DNA from: Halorutilales archaeon Cl-col2-1
Lineage (GTDB): Archaea > Halobacteriota > Halobacteria > Halobacteriales > Afararchaeaceae
Direction of reading: 5' to 3'
NCBI GenBank assembly: GCA_041891055.1
Contig: CP169074.1
Span: 896,001-960,000 of the forward strand
DNA: 64,000 bases
Shown here: in pieces, positions 21,486 through 31,543 of the stretch
Position numbering within the stretch: position 1 is the first letter of the stretch
Layout: each line of letters opens with the position of its first letter
Made by a program: the position numbers and the translations under genes
The notes under the pieces: model-generated
What the model was told of the DNA's origin: nothing
What the model saw: the letters and a program-made list of their open reading frames with translations, nothing else
Databases searched by the model: none

Positions 21486-22349
21486 ATGGAGAACAGATTC
21501 ACAGACAGGGTCGAGGCGGTCAACGACGAGATCGACACAGTCGCCTCGGAGATAACACCCGAGCCGCTCTCGGACGCCGTGAGACATATCTCTCTGAGCG
21601 GCGGCAAACGTCTCAGACCCATTCTCACGACCGTCGCATGTGAGGCGGTCGGGGGAGATCCGCTAGACTCCGACGCCGTGCGTCACGCCACAGCAGTCGA
21701 GCTAGTCCACACCTCGGCACTCGTCGCCGACGACATAATCGACAGGTCGGAGATACGAAGAGGTGTCTCCTCGGTACACGAGAAATACGGACATCCGATG
21801 GCTGTTCTTTCGAGTAACGTCCTCATAGGTGAGGCTTTCGACCTCATAGAGTCGTCAGAGGCGGCGGAGGTCATGACCGACGCGCTCGTGCGTCTTGGAG
21901 AGGGCGAGGCTCTCGAACTCACGGAGGGTCTCGAAACAGTCGACGACTACTTCGACCTCGCTTACAAGAAGACGGGGTCTCTCTTCCTCGCGGCGTGTAA
22001 GCTAGGCGCGGTCTCGGGTGACGCGTCTCAGGAAGAGATAAGGTCTGTCGGGGAGTACGGCAGGAACATGGGGATAGCCTTCCAGATAAGGGACGACATA
22101 CTCGACTTCACTTCGAACCCCGGTGACCTTGGTAAGCCCGTCGGGGAGGACGCTCTGATGGAGAGACCCTCGCTCGTGGTGATACATTCGAAAGCGAACG
22201 ACGTCACTGTGGAGGAGTCGATAGGGTTCGCACGTGAGAGAGCTATGTCGTACGTCGAGGACGCGAGGAGTTCGCTAGATACTCTCGACGAAGACGCCAC
22301 CGAGAGCCTTGAAGAGATAGCCGACTTCGTCGTCGAGAGAACGAAGTGA
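21486..22349 (+). CDS. idsA: Geranylgeranyl diphosphate synthase
   Basis: GGKRLRP, DDIID..RRG, FQIRDDILD. Confidence 0.92.
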   Translation: MENRFTDRVEAVNDEIDTVASEITPEPLSDAVRHISLSGGKRLRPILTTVACEAVGGDPLDSDAVRHATAVELVHTSALVADDIIDRSEIRRGVSSVHEKYGHPMAVLSSNVLIGEAFDLIESSEAAEVMTDALVRLGEGEALELTEGLETVDDYFDLAYKKTGSLFLAACKLGAVSGDASQEEIRSVGEYGRNMGIAFQIRDDILDFTSNPGDLGKPVGEDALMERPSLVVIHSKANDVTVEESIGFARERAMSYVEDARSSLDTLDEDATESLEEIADFVVERTK

Positions 22350-22448
22350 AGTACTCCTTTCTTCGAGGACTGTTGGATACGGTACTATCGACGTAGTAGA
22401 TTTCACCGACACGTCAAACTTATATAGAGTAGTTTGTTAAGACTTGAC

Positions 22449-22763
22449 ATGGCTACAAAGAACGTTAGCCAGTGGGGGGAAGTCAGTACCGAAAACGTAG
22501 TTCTTCCGGTGGGGGTCTACCTCGGAGCCGTGGTATACAGCCTCGTATCCGTGGGGACATCGATGTCTCCGACTCCGGGGATGTTCGTGGCGGAGCTTCT
22601 CAAGTTCGGTCTGATAGGAACAGCGGGACTCGCCGTCTCGAACTACTGTACGTGTTTCAGCCGGTGTCCTTGTGGAGTGGTCGAGAGAGCCGTCAAGAAC
22701 ACGAAGATATACGCCGCGATAGGAGTTGTCTTAGGGGTTCTACTCGTAGCTGTCGTAGGGTAG
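22449..22763 (+). CDS. Hypothetical membrane protein
   Basis: Three hydrophobic segments; TATA-like TTATATA about 25 bp upstream. Confidence 0.65.
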   Translation: MATKNVSQWGEVSTENVVLPVGVYLGAVVYSLVSVGTSMSPTPGMFVAELLKFGLIGTAGLAVSNYCTCFSRCPCGVVERAVKNTKIYAAIGVVLGVLLVAVVG

Positions 22764-22825
22764 GTTTAGCTGCGCCCTTCAGTACAGTAAGACCTAACTG
22801 TCGGCTTCCGTTTAATAAGATAGAG

Positions 22826-23176
22826 ATGCCAGAGCCAGAGTTCCGAAGGGACAGCCCTCTCAAGCTCAGACTCGCAGAAGAGATAGACATAGACCGGGTT
22901 ATAGACCTGTTCGACTCCGCACGTTACAAGATACGGCATCTCGAAAGAAAGAGATGGAACGTCTCAGACGACAGGGAGATGTCATTATTCGAGATAAAGA
23001 TAAGCGAGGACGAGAGGTCTGTCACGGTGGTTCCAAAGGAGAGTACGACACCGGGAAGTATACGTGACTGTTACGGTCTTCTCGACGAGGAGATAGGCGT
23101 AGAGGAAGCCGAGAGTCTCGAAGACGAGGAGTACATAGACGAAGACCTAGAGACCGACGCCGACGACGTCATCTGA
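22826..23176 (+). CDS. Hypothetical protein
   Basis: Acidic ORF MPEPEFRRDSPLKLRLAEE...; TTTAATA upstream. Confidence 0.65.
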   Translation: MPEPEFRRDSPLKLRLAEEIDIDRVIDLFDSARYKIRHLERKRWNVSDDREMSLFEIKISEDERSVTVVPKESTTPGSIRDCYGLLDEEIGVEEAESLEDEEYIDEDLETDADDVI

Positions 23177-23179
23177 GAA

Positions 23180-24040
23180 TCAGTCGTCTCGGTGATCCGG
23201 GGATTCGTTGTCAGACTGAGACGTATCCGGACGCTCGTCCCGATGACGTACTAAGAGGACTGGCACACCGACCTTCTCGGATACTCTCTCGGGTACCTCT
23301 CCCATGAGTATGCTTTTTATAGAAGGCTCGGTCTCACCCATCACTACGACGTCGTAGTTCTTAGCGAACTCGGTGATCTCGCCCACAGGGTCGTCCGACT
23401 CGGCAACCTCAGTCTCTATCAGTGACGGGTCGATGCCCTCGTCGGTGAGTTTTTCCGAGCCGCCTCTGAGAAGAAGATCCCCCGACCCCTCGCCGTCCTC
23501 AGCTACGTGGACGAGCTTTACGACGGTCGTGTGTTGGTTGACGATACTCCCGACGACGTCGGCTATGCTGTCGAAGTTGACGTCACCTCTGACAGGTACG
23601 AGTATCCTCTCAACCTTCTCAGTGTTCTCGGGTACGAGAACTACGTCACAGTCCTCGTCGTCGGCTACCCTCTCGACAGTCTGTGTGCTGTCGTGTGTGA
23701 AGACGAGTGTGGACTCGACGTCCTCGGCGTACTCGCTGAATCCTTCAACTATGGCTTCGAGGGTATCCTGTGACTCGTCTCCGAACTGGTCGCGAGCCTG
23801 CTCAGAGGCGGTCTGCTCGGGGAGCTCGTAGTATCCGAGTATTAGTATGCCGAGTGGTGAGAGGAACTCGACGAGTGACGTGGGTATCTCCTGGGACTCG
23901 GGAAGCTCGACGGGTATTAGTATCCTCGGCTTCGAATCAGGTCTTGGCTCCGAATCAGTCGCTGTACCCATGTCTGTCTCCGTCTCAGTACGCCGTGGTT
24001 CGTCGTCTTGTGTGTCTCGGCTCATGTCATACCACATCAC
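23180..24040 (-). CDS. Two-domain universal stress protein
   Basis: [14 protein letters not shown]...[13 protein letters not shown]; coupled to APC permease. Confidence 0.85.
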   Translation of the reverse strand: MMWYDMSRDTQDDEPRRTETETDMGTATDSEPRPDSKPRILIPVELPESQEIPTSLVEFLSPLGILILGYYELPEQTASEQARDQFGDESQDTLEAIVEGFSEYAEDVESTLVFTHDSTQTVERVADDEDCDVVLVPENTEKVERILVPVRGDVNFDSIADVVGSIVNQHTTVVKLVHVAEDGEGSGDLLLRGGSEKLTDEGIDPSLIETEVAESDDPVGEITEFAKNYDVVVMGETEPSIKSILMGEVPERVSEKVGVPVLLVRHRDERPDTSQSDNESPDHRDD

Positions 24041-25386
24041 GTTTCATCTTTTAATCTGACCCCCCTTCCGTAGACGAGATACCACACACCGGCTCCCAGT
24101 ATCACCGCGGTACCGACGAGGCGGGAGGTAGGCTGCATGAAGGCGATCAGAGCGAAGCTCGACAGACCTCCTAAGAGTGGCAGAACCGGATACGCAGGCG
24201 CGGTATAGTCGGGACTGTACCAGTCGGGGTTCCGGCGTCTGAGGGAGATCAGAACGAAACAGATCAGCCCGTACATCACGAGATGGAGGAAAGACGCGAC
24301 CTCGGCTAGAAGCTCGACCTCGCCGGTTGCGACGAGGAAGACGATGGGTCCTCCCGAGAGCATGAGAGAGATATGCGGGGTGTTGTACTTCCGGTTGAGC
24401 TTCCCAGCCTTCGAGGGTAGTAGCTTGTCACGGCTGAGGGCGTAGACCATCCTCGAAGCCCCGAGTATCGAGGCGTTCGCACTCGAAACTGTGGCGAGGA
24501 GCCCCGCGAAGGTCAGCGCAACGGCACCACCTTTTCCGAGAGATCCCCGTGCGACTTCGACTATCGCGGTCTCACCGAGCCTCGAAAGTTCTTGACTTCC
24601 CGTGAGGCTAGTCGTGACGAAGACCGTGAGGACGTAGAGGGTTCCGACGACTACGACGCTCCCCACCATAGCGCGCGGTAGATTCGTGCTCGGCTCCTTT
24701 ATGTCTCCGGCGACAGTGGCTATCTGTGCGAAGCCAAGGTACGAGGTGAAGACAAGTGCCGCGGTCTCGAAGATAGGGGGGTAGCCGTAGGGGGCGAACT
24801 CCTCGGGAACAGTCGCCCTCCCGAATACACCGAACGAGTCGAGGAGCGCGTAGCCGAGGAAGATGCTGAGTATCATGAGGAGGACAGTTACGACTCCGCT
24901 CTGGAGGTCACCCGTCTTCTCCGTGCCGGTTATGCTCAGAGCCGTGAGAAAGACGCCGACGACGACAGCCATGACCTCGGGTCCGACACTCACCCCGATC
25001 CCGAGTTCAGAGAGGGTCGACAGGGCGTAGCTCCCGAAGCCGACGAGGTAGAACGCCGCCGCGAATATGAGACCCGTCCATACTCCTATACCTATAAGAG
25101 CACCTGCGGGCGCTCCGAATCCCCGCGAGATGAAGTAGTAGCCGCCGCCGCTCTTCGGCATCGCTGTCGCGAGCTCTGAGGTCGGGAGAGCGACGAGAAG
25201 GGCAATCACGGCGCCAATTCCGAAGGAAGCCGCCGCGGCGACACCCGCCCTCCCAGCAGCAAGACCCGGGAAGACGAATATTCCCGCTCCGACCATCGTC
25301 CCGACTCCTATCGCCAGAGCACCCCCGAGACTGAGAGTTCGCTCTAGCTCTCTTTGGTCGTCGTTCCCCGGTATCTGTGTAGCCAT
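24037..25386 (-). CDS. APC-family amino acid permease
   Basis: [26 protein letters not shown], about 12 TM helices. Confidence 0.93.
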   Translation of the reverse strand: MATQIPGNDDQRELERTLSLGGALAIGVGTMVGAGIFVFPGLAAGRAGVAAAASFGIGAVIALLVALPTSELATAMPKSGGGYYFISRGFGAPAGALIGIGVWTGLIFAAAFYLVGFGSYALSTLSELGIGVSVGPEVMAVVVGVFLTALSITGTEKTGDLQSGVVTVLLMILSIFLGYALLDSFGVFGRATVPEEFAPYGYPPIFETAALVFTSYLGFAQIATVAGDIKEPSTNLPRAMVGSVVVVGTLYVLTVFVTTSLTGSQELSRLGETAIVEVARGSLGKGGAVALTFAGLLATVSSANASILGASRMVYALSRDKLLPSKAGKLNRKYNTPHISLMLSGGPIVFLVATGEVELLAEVASFLHLVMYGLICFVLISLRRRNPDWYSPDYTAPAYPVLPLLGGLSSFALIAFMQPTSRLVGTAVILGAGVWYLVYGRGVRLKDET

Positions 25387-25435
25387 CTATCTCCGAATCG
25401 GTCTTCGCGGGTTAAAGTCCTTCGTCTACCGACTT

Positions 25436-25654
25436 CTATACTTCACACGTGTCGACGCCGAGTATTGAGTAGAGCCAGCAGCTCCTCGTGAAAGCGGTTC
25501 CGAGCATCAGTATAGCGACTATGCCGAGTATCGGCGAGAGTATCATCGGAAGGCTCTGTACCATTCCTCCGAGCATCGCCAACGAGACGACTCCCGCGAC
25601 GGCACCGATTACTATACGTACTATGCTGTCGGCTTTCCCCACGTTTTGCTCCAT
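25436..25654 (-). CDS. DUF2892/YgaP-like membrane protein
   Basis: NVGKADSIVR...C.LYSILGVDTC. Confidence 0.88.
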   Translation of the reverse strand: MEQNVGKADSIVRIVIGAVAGVVSLAMLGGMVQSLPMILSPILGIVAILMLGTAFTRSCWLYSILGVDTCEV

Positions 25655-25751
25655 AGTGCGTGTCTACAGTCTTGAATACAATAATAGTTAGGGCGAAAAG
25701 CCAGGACAGGTCGAAAGCTATAACTTGAGCACAGGACTACTTCGGATCACA

Positions 25752-25826
25752 GGGCGCGTAGCTCAGTTTGGACAGAGCATCGGACTTCTAATCCGACGGC
25801 CGGGGGTTCAAATCCCTCCGCGCCCG
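25752..25826 (+). tRNA. tRNA-Arg(TCT)
   Basis: GGGCGCG/CGCGCCC acceptor, TCGGA-CT-TCT-AA-TCCGA anticodon arm, GGTTCAAATCC. Confidence 0.97.
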
Positions 25827-25835
25827 TTCCTCTTC

Positions 25836-26669
25836 TCAGTTCTTCCCTCTCAGAGACTTCGAGAGTTCGGCGGCTATCCTCGGCTTCGATGGCTTGACCT
25901 GTGTCTCGTAGACTATCTCAGGTCTCTCGTATATCCTCTCGGCTGTCCATTTATAAAGCCTCGACGAGAGTATGACGGGAACCCTGACCCTGTAAGGTAT
26001 ATAGCCGAAGCCCTCCTCGGCTTTCTCCTGCCAGTCCCGGTACCTCTCGATCTGTCGACGCACGAACTCCCTGAAGCAGTCTGTCTTCGACATCGCCTCG
26101 TCCTCGGTGAGACTCTTGAGACCGTATCTCTCGATCTCCTCGCGCGGCATATACCTCCTTCCCATCTGTCTATCCTCCTGTATGTCACGTATGAAGTTAC
26201 AGTACTGCATCGACCTGCCGAGCATCTTTGCGTTCTCTCTCGCCTCGGATCTCAGCCCGAGGACACTCCACATCATCAGACCTATCACCTCAGCGGAGCC
26301 GTGTATATATTCGAGTGTCTCGTCGAGGCTGTCGTACTCCGTCTTCTTGGTGTCCTTCTCCATCGAGTCTAAGAAGGACTCGACCCAACTTCTCTCGAAG
26401 CCGTTGTCGCGTGCGACCCTCAGAAAGAGGTCGACGGTCTTGTTCCCCGACTCCCCCGACTCCCAGTTGTCGAAGGTCATACGTCTGAAGTCGAGGAGTG
26501 CGTGTCTGTCCTGGGGCATCTCGTCTACGAAGTCGTCGGCAGTCCTGACGTAGGCGTAGAGCCTGAAGACGTCCCTTCTGACGTCGGACGGGAAAAAGAG
26601 GCTACTGTAGTAGTACGAGGTCGAGTTCTGACTAAAGGTTCTCCTTATCTCGGGATCTATCTCTGACAT
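25836..26669 (-). CDS. crtB: Phytoene synthase
   Basis: LYAYVRTADDFVD, NFIRDIQED, GRRYMP. Confidence 0.92.
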   Translation of the reverse strand: MSEIDPEIRRTFSQNSTSYYYSSLFFPSDVRRDVFRLYAYVRTADDFVDEMPQDRHALLDFRRMTFDNWESGESGNKTVDLFLRVARDNGFERSWVESFLDSMEKDTKKTEYDSLDETLEYIHGSAEVIGLMMWSVLGLRSEARENAKMLGRSMQYCNFIRDIQEDRQMGRRYMPREEIERYGLKSLTEDEAMSKTDCFREFVRRQIERYRDWQEKAEEGFGYIPYRVRVPVILSSRLYKWTAERIYERPEIVYETQVKPSKPRIAAELSKSLRGKN

Positions 26670-26927
26670 CTGGTGTCCTGGTTAGGCGCGGAGGAGTCCC
26701 TGGTCTTCGTGTCGATTTTGACGGCTTATTCCCCGGTGTACTCTCGCGGCAGAATTCCCTGCTGGCTCGTGTCGGGTGTATTTACACAAGGAGATTCCTC
26801 TGTGTATTATCGTCTCTCAGAACATTAATCTCTTTTGGTGGTGTAGCCCAAACCCGAAGACCGCGATGAGGTCGACCTGTAGGTTCGCCCACAGTAGCTT
26901 TTTAAATTCGACTCCCGAATACACAGC

Positions 26928-28424
26928 ATGGCGACCGAAGACGGGGGTAGAGAAAGCGATGCGGACGTTGTGGTTGTGGGTGGTGGCATAGGCGGTCTCT
27001 CGGCGTCGGCTTTCCTGTCGAAGAAGGGATACAGGGTCGAGTTGGTCGAGAAAAACGCCTCTGTCGGCGGCAGAGCGTCTGTCTTCGAGGAGGACGGCTT
27101 TAGGTTCGACATGGGACCGTCGTGGTACCTGATGCCCGACATCTTCGACAGGTTCTTCGCGAAGTTCGGACGTGAGACGGAGGAGTACTACTCCCTCAAC
27201 AGGCTTGACCCCAACTACCGAATATTCTTCAAGGACGGTGACCGGGTCGACGTTCCAGCGAGTCCCGACAAGGCAGCGAGACTCTTCGAGAGCTACGAGG
27301 ACGGAGCCGGAGAGGCGTTCAGGAAATACCTTGAGAAGTCAGAGGAGACCTATGAGATAGGAATGAACGAGTTCGTCCTAGAGGACAGAAACAGGATACG
27401 TGACTACCTCTCTCTCGACGTCCTTCGGAACGCACGGGGTATCAGTCTTCTCAAGAAGATGCAGGATCACGTCGAGGAGTACTTCGAGAACCCGAAGCTA
27501 CAGCAGATCACCCAGTACACGCTCGTCTTCCTCGGCGGAGCACCTTACAACACTCCGGCTCTCTACAGCCTCATGAGCCACGTCGACTTCAACATGGGTG
27601 TCTACTACCCCGAGGGAGGCATCTACTCGGTGATGGAGGCTCTGAGAGAGCTCGCCGAGGAAGAGGGAGTCGAGTTTTCGTTGGGAGAGGAGGTAACCAC
27701 GATAGACCGTTCAGACGGCCAGGTCGTAGTCGAGACCAAGAACCGAAGTATAGACTGTGACGCCGTCGTCTCGAACGCCGACTACGCCCACACTGAGACA
27801 CAGCTTCTACCCGACGAGTACACGACCCACGACTCCGACTACTGGGACTCAAGGACTTACGCGCCGTCGGCTTTCCTCGTCTACCTCGGAGTCGATAAGG
27901 AGCTACCCGAACTCGAACACCACTCTCTCGTGCTTCCCGAGAACTGGAACCCGCATTTCGAGTCGATATTCGACAGTCCGTCTCTTCCCGACGATCCTGC
28001 CTACTATATCTGTAACCCGACACGTACCGACGACACCGTCGCTCCCGAGGGCAAGTCGGCGATATTCGTCCTCGTCCCGATAGCCGCCGAACTCAGCCTG
28101 ACAGACGACGAGAGACAGGAGTTCCGTGACGCGGTCATAGACGACATAGAGGAGAACACCGGCGTCGAACTCAGAGACAGGATAGAGTACGAGAGGATCT
28201 TCGCGGGCAGGGAGTTCCAGAGTAGGTACAACAGCTACAACGGTACCGCCCTCGGAATAGCCCACACTCTGAGGCAGACGTCTGTTCTGAGACCCAAACA
28301 GAGATCGAAGAAGATGGAGGGTCTCTACTACGTCGGTCAGTACACCAACCCGGGTATAGGGATGCCGATGTGTCTCATAAGCGGAGAACACGTAGCCGAG
28401 AAGGTCGAGAACGACATCGGGTGA
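26928..28424 (+). CDS. crtD: Phytoene desaturase family (carotenoid 3,4-desaturase)
   Basis: VVGGGIGGL, FDMGPSWYLMPD, PGIGMPMCLISG; first gene of crtD-lye-cruF. Confidence 0.9.
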   Translation: MATEDGGRESDADVVVVGGGIGGLSASAFLSKKGYRVELVEKNASVGGRASVFEEDGFRFDMGPSWYLMPDIFDRFFAKFGRETEEYYSLNRLDPNYRIFFKDGDRVDVPASPDKAARLFESYEDGAGEAFRKYLEKSEETYEIGMNEFVLEDRNRIRDYLSLDVLRNARGISLLKKMQDHVEEYFENPKLQQITQYTLVFLGGAPYNTPALYSLMSHVDFNMGVYYPEGGIYSVMEALRELAEEEGVEFSLGEEVTTIDRSDGQVVVETKNRSIDCDAVVSNADYAHTETQLLPDEYTTHDSDYWDSRTYAPSAFLVYLGVDKELPELEHHSLVLPENWNPHFESIFDSPSLPDDPAYYICNPTRTDDTVAPEGKSAIFVLVPIAAELSLTDDERQEFRDAVIDDIEENTGVELRDRIEYERIFAGREFQSRYNSYNGTALGIAHTLRQTSVLRPKQRSKKMEGLYYVGQYTNPGIGMPMCLISGEHVAEKVENDIG

Positions 28425-28429
28425 CCCGA

Positions 28430-29278
28430 ATGGGAATGGAATCCGGGAACGTATTCGACGGTCTCAGGTACCTTCTCAGGCTGTCACGTCCTCGTTTCTG
28501 GCTCTATCTCGCGGGTCCCGCGGTTCTCGGTGCCGTCTTAGGTGCAAACTCGGTAGACGACCTCCTCAGTCCGACGCCGGCTTTCCTCGTCCTTTACTTC
28601 CTGATACCCGCGAACGTGATGCTCTACGGTGTCAACGACTACTTCGACAGGGAGATAGACGAGGAGAACCCGAAGAAAGAAGCCAAGGAGTCGGTATACA
28701 GACGGTCGAGATGGGTCGACACAGTCGTAGGTGTGTCACTCCTGATTATGGTAGGTCTCACGGTGGCTCTCGGATCTCCCTCTATGGCAGCCTTCGTCTT
28801 CCTGAGCGTGGGTTACAGCGCACCGCCTCTGAGGTTCAAGACGAAGCCTTTCCTCGACTCGTTGTCGAACGGTCTCTACATACTCCCGTTCGTCGTGAGC
28901 CACGTCGCCGTGTCGGGGGAGTATCCCCCTGCTCTGACCGTCGCCGGGGGATGGCTCTGGACTATGGCTATGCATACCTTCTCGGCGATACCCGACATAC
29001 AGCCCGACAGACGTGCGGGTATACGGACGACTGCGACGTTTCTCGGGAGACGCCGAACCTACGTCTACTGTACGGCTGTCTGGCTTCTGTCGGCTGTAAC
29101 CGTCGGCGTCTGGAACTCGCGTCTCGGAGGAGTGATCCTCGTCTACCCCGTCCTGTCGGCTCTCTTCTACGTCTCGAACCTCACCGACTCGGAGGCATAC
29201 TGGTACTATCCTTACATAAACAGCCTCGTGGGAATGGTTTTAACCCTCGCTGGTCTACTCCGACTACCCGATGTATAG
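28430..29278 (+). CDS. lyeJ: Lycopene elongase (UbiA-family prenyltransferase)
   Basis: SRPRFWLYLAGP, YGVNDYFD, AIPDIQPDR. Confidence 0.9.
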   Translation: MGMESGNVFDGLRYLLRLSRPRFWLYLAGPAVLGAVLGANSVDDLLSPTPAFLVLYFLIPANVMLYGVNDYFDREIDEENPKKEAKESVYRRSRWVDTVVGVSLLIMVGLTVALGSPSMAAFVFLSVGYSAPPLRFKTKPFLDSLSNGLYILPFVVSHVAVSGEYPPALTVAGGWLWTMAMHTFSAIPDIQPDRRAGIRTTATFLGRRRTYVYCTAVWLLSAVTVGVWNSRLGGVILVYPVLSALFYVSNLTDSEAYWYYPYINSLVGMVLTLAGLLRLPDV

Positions 29279-30071
29279 GCTCGAAGAGGTAGTCTCGGAG
29301 AACAGGTTCGTCATCTCGGTCGTGTTTCCCGTGATGGGAGCCTTAGCCTTCGTGGGATCGGCTGAGGGACTTCTTCCCGAAGTACTCCGGTTCAATCCCT
29401 TGGTGATACTTCTCGGGACTCTCGTGATGAGGCTTCCCCTCGTCTCGGGTTTAGAGCCCCTCGTCGACAGGAAGGCAGTAGGTGGTCTCGGGGCACTCAC
29501 GGTATATACCTACGCCATAGAGTTCGTGGGTCTAAGAACCGGGTTCCCGTACGGAAGCTTCGAGTACGTCGTGAGTCTGGGTCCCGTATTAGGAGGGCTC
29601 CCCGTGGCTCTGCCAGTCTTCTTCATACCTCTCGTCTTGAACGCGTATCTGGTCAGTCTCCTCTTAGGTCTGAGGCGCCGCGCCAGACTCGTAGCCACGG
29701 TAGCCCTCGTCGTCGCCATCGACGGAGTCCTTGACCCCGCGGCTGTCTCACTCGGTGTCTGGAAGTACTCCGAGGGCGTATTCTACGGTGTTCCTCTATC
29801 GAACTACGCCGGATGGCTCCTGAGCGGCTCGGTCGCGGCTCTTCTGATAGAGACGTCTCTCGACACAGACGGCGTACGTCGGAGGCTCTCAGAGACCGAC
29901 TTCATGCTAGACGACTTCGTTAGCTTCCAGATACTCTGGGGATCTGTCAACGTCTACTACTCGAACTGGATACCCGTAGCTCTCGTAGGAATCAATCTCG
30001 TAATACTCCACAGAGTCGGATTCGACTTCGCGTTCCTGAGAGAGACGTCTCTCAGAGATTACTGTCTCTGA
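29271..30071 (+). CDS. cruF: Bisanhydrobacterioruberin hydratase
   Basis: TGFPYGSFEY, LDPAAV, GVPLSNYAGW. Confidence 0.9.
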   Translation: MYRLEEVVSENRFVISVVFPVMGALAFVGSAEGLLPEVLRFNPLVILLGTLVMRLPLVSGLEPLVDRKAVGGLGALTVYTYAIEFVGLRTGFPYGSFEYVVSLGPVLGGLPVALPVFFIPLVLNAYLVSLLLGLRRRARLVATVALVVAIDGVLDPAAVSLGVWKYSEGVFYGVPLSNYAGWLLSGSVAALLIETSLDTDGVRRRLSETDFMLDDFVSFQILWGSVNVYYSNWIPVALVGINLVILHRVGFDFAFLRETSLRDYCL

Positions 30072-30238
30072 TGCGAATACGGAAAGGATTAGGGGGAATT
30101 GGGGGATCAAGTAGCCCTGTGCCACTTGGTACATCCATACGTAGATTCCCACGTCTAATAAACTTATCGATTACCACACCTGGCGAGTGGTGGTAGTTCC
30201 AACAGAAGTTGGTTATACGATGAGTTCGACTGAGAGGT

Positions 30239-30910
30239 ATGGAGCTAGAGAGATTCGTCGAGTCGAACTCGACAACTGAGACCGAGGATGAGTTCGAGCT
30301 TGAGAACAAGAGAACACTCGACATAGAAGTAGACGGGAGTGTGATGACGAAAGCCGGAGCTATGGTCGCATACGAAGGTGACCTGTCGTTCACGGGGAAG
30401 TCGTCAGCCGAGGGAGGAATAACGGGTTTCCTGAAGGAGGCAGCCACGGGTGAGGGGACGCCGGTGATGAAGGTCGAGGGACAGGGTCACGTCTACGTCG
30501 CAGACCAGGGAAAGAAGATACAGATACTGTCTCTCGACACTGACGAGGCAATCTCAGTAAACGGAAACGACGTCCTCGCGTTCGAGGACTCGGTCGAGTA
30601 CGAGATAGGAACTATCGGAAGTGTAGGCGGCGCGTCGGCGGCGGGTCTCACGAACGTCTACCTCTCGGGACCGGGAACCGTAGCCATAACTACACACGGC
30701 GAGCCTCTGGTTCTGACGCCGCCGGTGAACACCGACCCCGACGCGACCGTTGCATGGAGCGATAACCTGTCCCCGAGCATAGACACCGACAGGAGCCTGA
30801 GCGACGCGGTCGGACAGTCGTCGGGTGAGACCTACCAGATGGCTTTCGAGGGAGACTCGGGCTTCGTCGTCGTTCAGCCCTTCGAGGAGACACCACACAG
30901 GACTCAGTAG
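30239..30910 (+). CDS. AIM24 family protein
   Basis: KAGAMVAYEGD, TGEG, VDPDA-like TDPDATVAW, GFVVVQP. Confidence 0.88.
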   Translation: MELERFVESNSTTETEDEFELENKRTLDIEVDGSVMTKAGAMVAYEGDLSFTGKSSAEGGITGFLKEAATGEGTPVMKVEGQGHVYVADQGKKIQILSLDTDEAISVNGNDVLAFEDSVEYEIGTIGSVGGASAAGLTNVYLSGPGTVAITTHGEPLVLTPPVNTDPDATVAWSDNLSPSIDTDRSLSDAVGQSSGETYQMAFEGDSGFVVVQPFEETPHRTQ

Positions 30911-30922
30911 ACAGTAGACCGG

Positions 30923-30937
30923 CGAAAAGTTTATTAT
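30923..30937 (+). promoter_or_regulatory. BRE/TATA promoter candidate for the downstream RNA
   Basis: CGAAAAG-TTTATTAT about 25 nt upstream of the structured region. Confidence 0.6.
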
Positions 30938-30959
30938 CTTCCATTATGTATAGTATTCC

Positions 30960-31357
30960 GCTTCGAGGGAGCACACTGGACGGCCCTCTGTGACCGTCTC
31001 CTAGACTTCGAGTCGGGAGTCAGTCGCACGGTCTAAGGGTCGAAAACCGAACCGTCCGTAGAAGGGCGACGAGGAGATAAGATCCTATGGAGAAGCGCAG
31101 AATCCCTGCAGACGTAAAAAGGTGAAAGTCCTTAAGGGAGGGCGAAACTCCCTCCTACGTGTGCGGTTCCGCCGGGGACGAGAACACAAGTCCGTTAAGA
31201 TCGGTCTATGTGTTCTCCCTCCGGAGGGACACGTTAAGACCAAGTAATGGACGACGCGCGAAGCGGCGTTCGTGAAACCGGCGAAAGCCGGATATGGTCG
31301 TAGAGGGATTCGGAAAACGGCTCCAGTCCGGGTTCAAGCCTCGTAGTGTCGGTTCGT
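30960..31357 (+). ncRNA. Unassigned ~400-nt highly structured non-coding RNA candidate
   Basis: 14-bp long-range helix 30984-30997/31294-31307 with three G-U pairs; GAAA tetraloop and T-loop-like hairpins; no credible ORF; upstream TATA. Confidence 0.75.
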
Positions 31358-31543
31358 ATTTACAGGTAATACAGCAGAATGCCCCCGTCTTTAGGCGTAT
31401 GCAAATCGCTACGTGATTTGCTTGCTCAGAGATCTCCGATTTCTGAACGGGGGATGAATGCGTCAACTCCTTAGCCTACCGCGCTACGTAGACCACTTGG
31501 ATATTCATTGTTTTTATATGCTCTACAACCAAATACAATTGTA

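Noticed and set aside
25435-25446. 12-nt match (TCTATACTTCAC) to the predicted guide of the orphan omega-RNA at 46229
   Set aside because: Preceded by GACT rather than the expected TTAC, and the match ends at 12 nt; treated as chance.
25725-26372. 215-aa + strand ORF
   Set aside because: Overlaps tRNA-Arg and is antisense to crtB.
30960-31357. Identification as RNase P, SRP RNA, tmRNA or a group I intron/IStron
   Set aside because: No RNase P P4 or SRP helix-8 motifs; no alanyl acceptor or CCA. GACCA/GAUAUGGUC resembles group I P7 and J8/7, but J6/7 and P4 do not fit, UGGUC is used by the 14-bp closing helix, no host gene is interrupted, and the RNA lies outside the IS left end.
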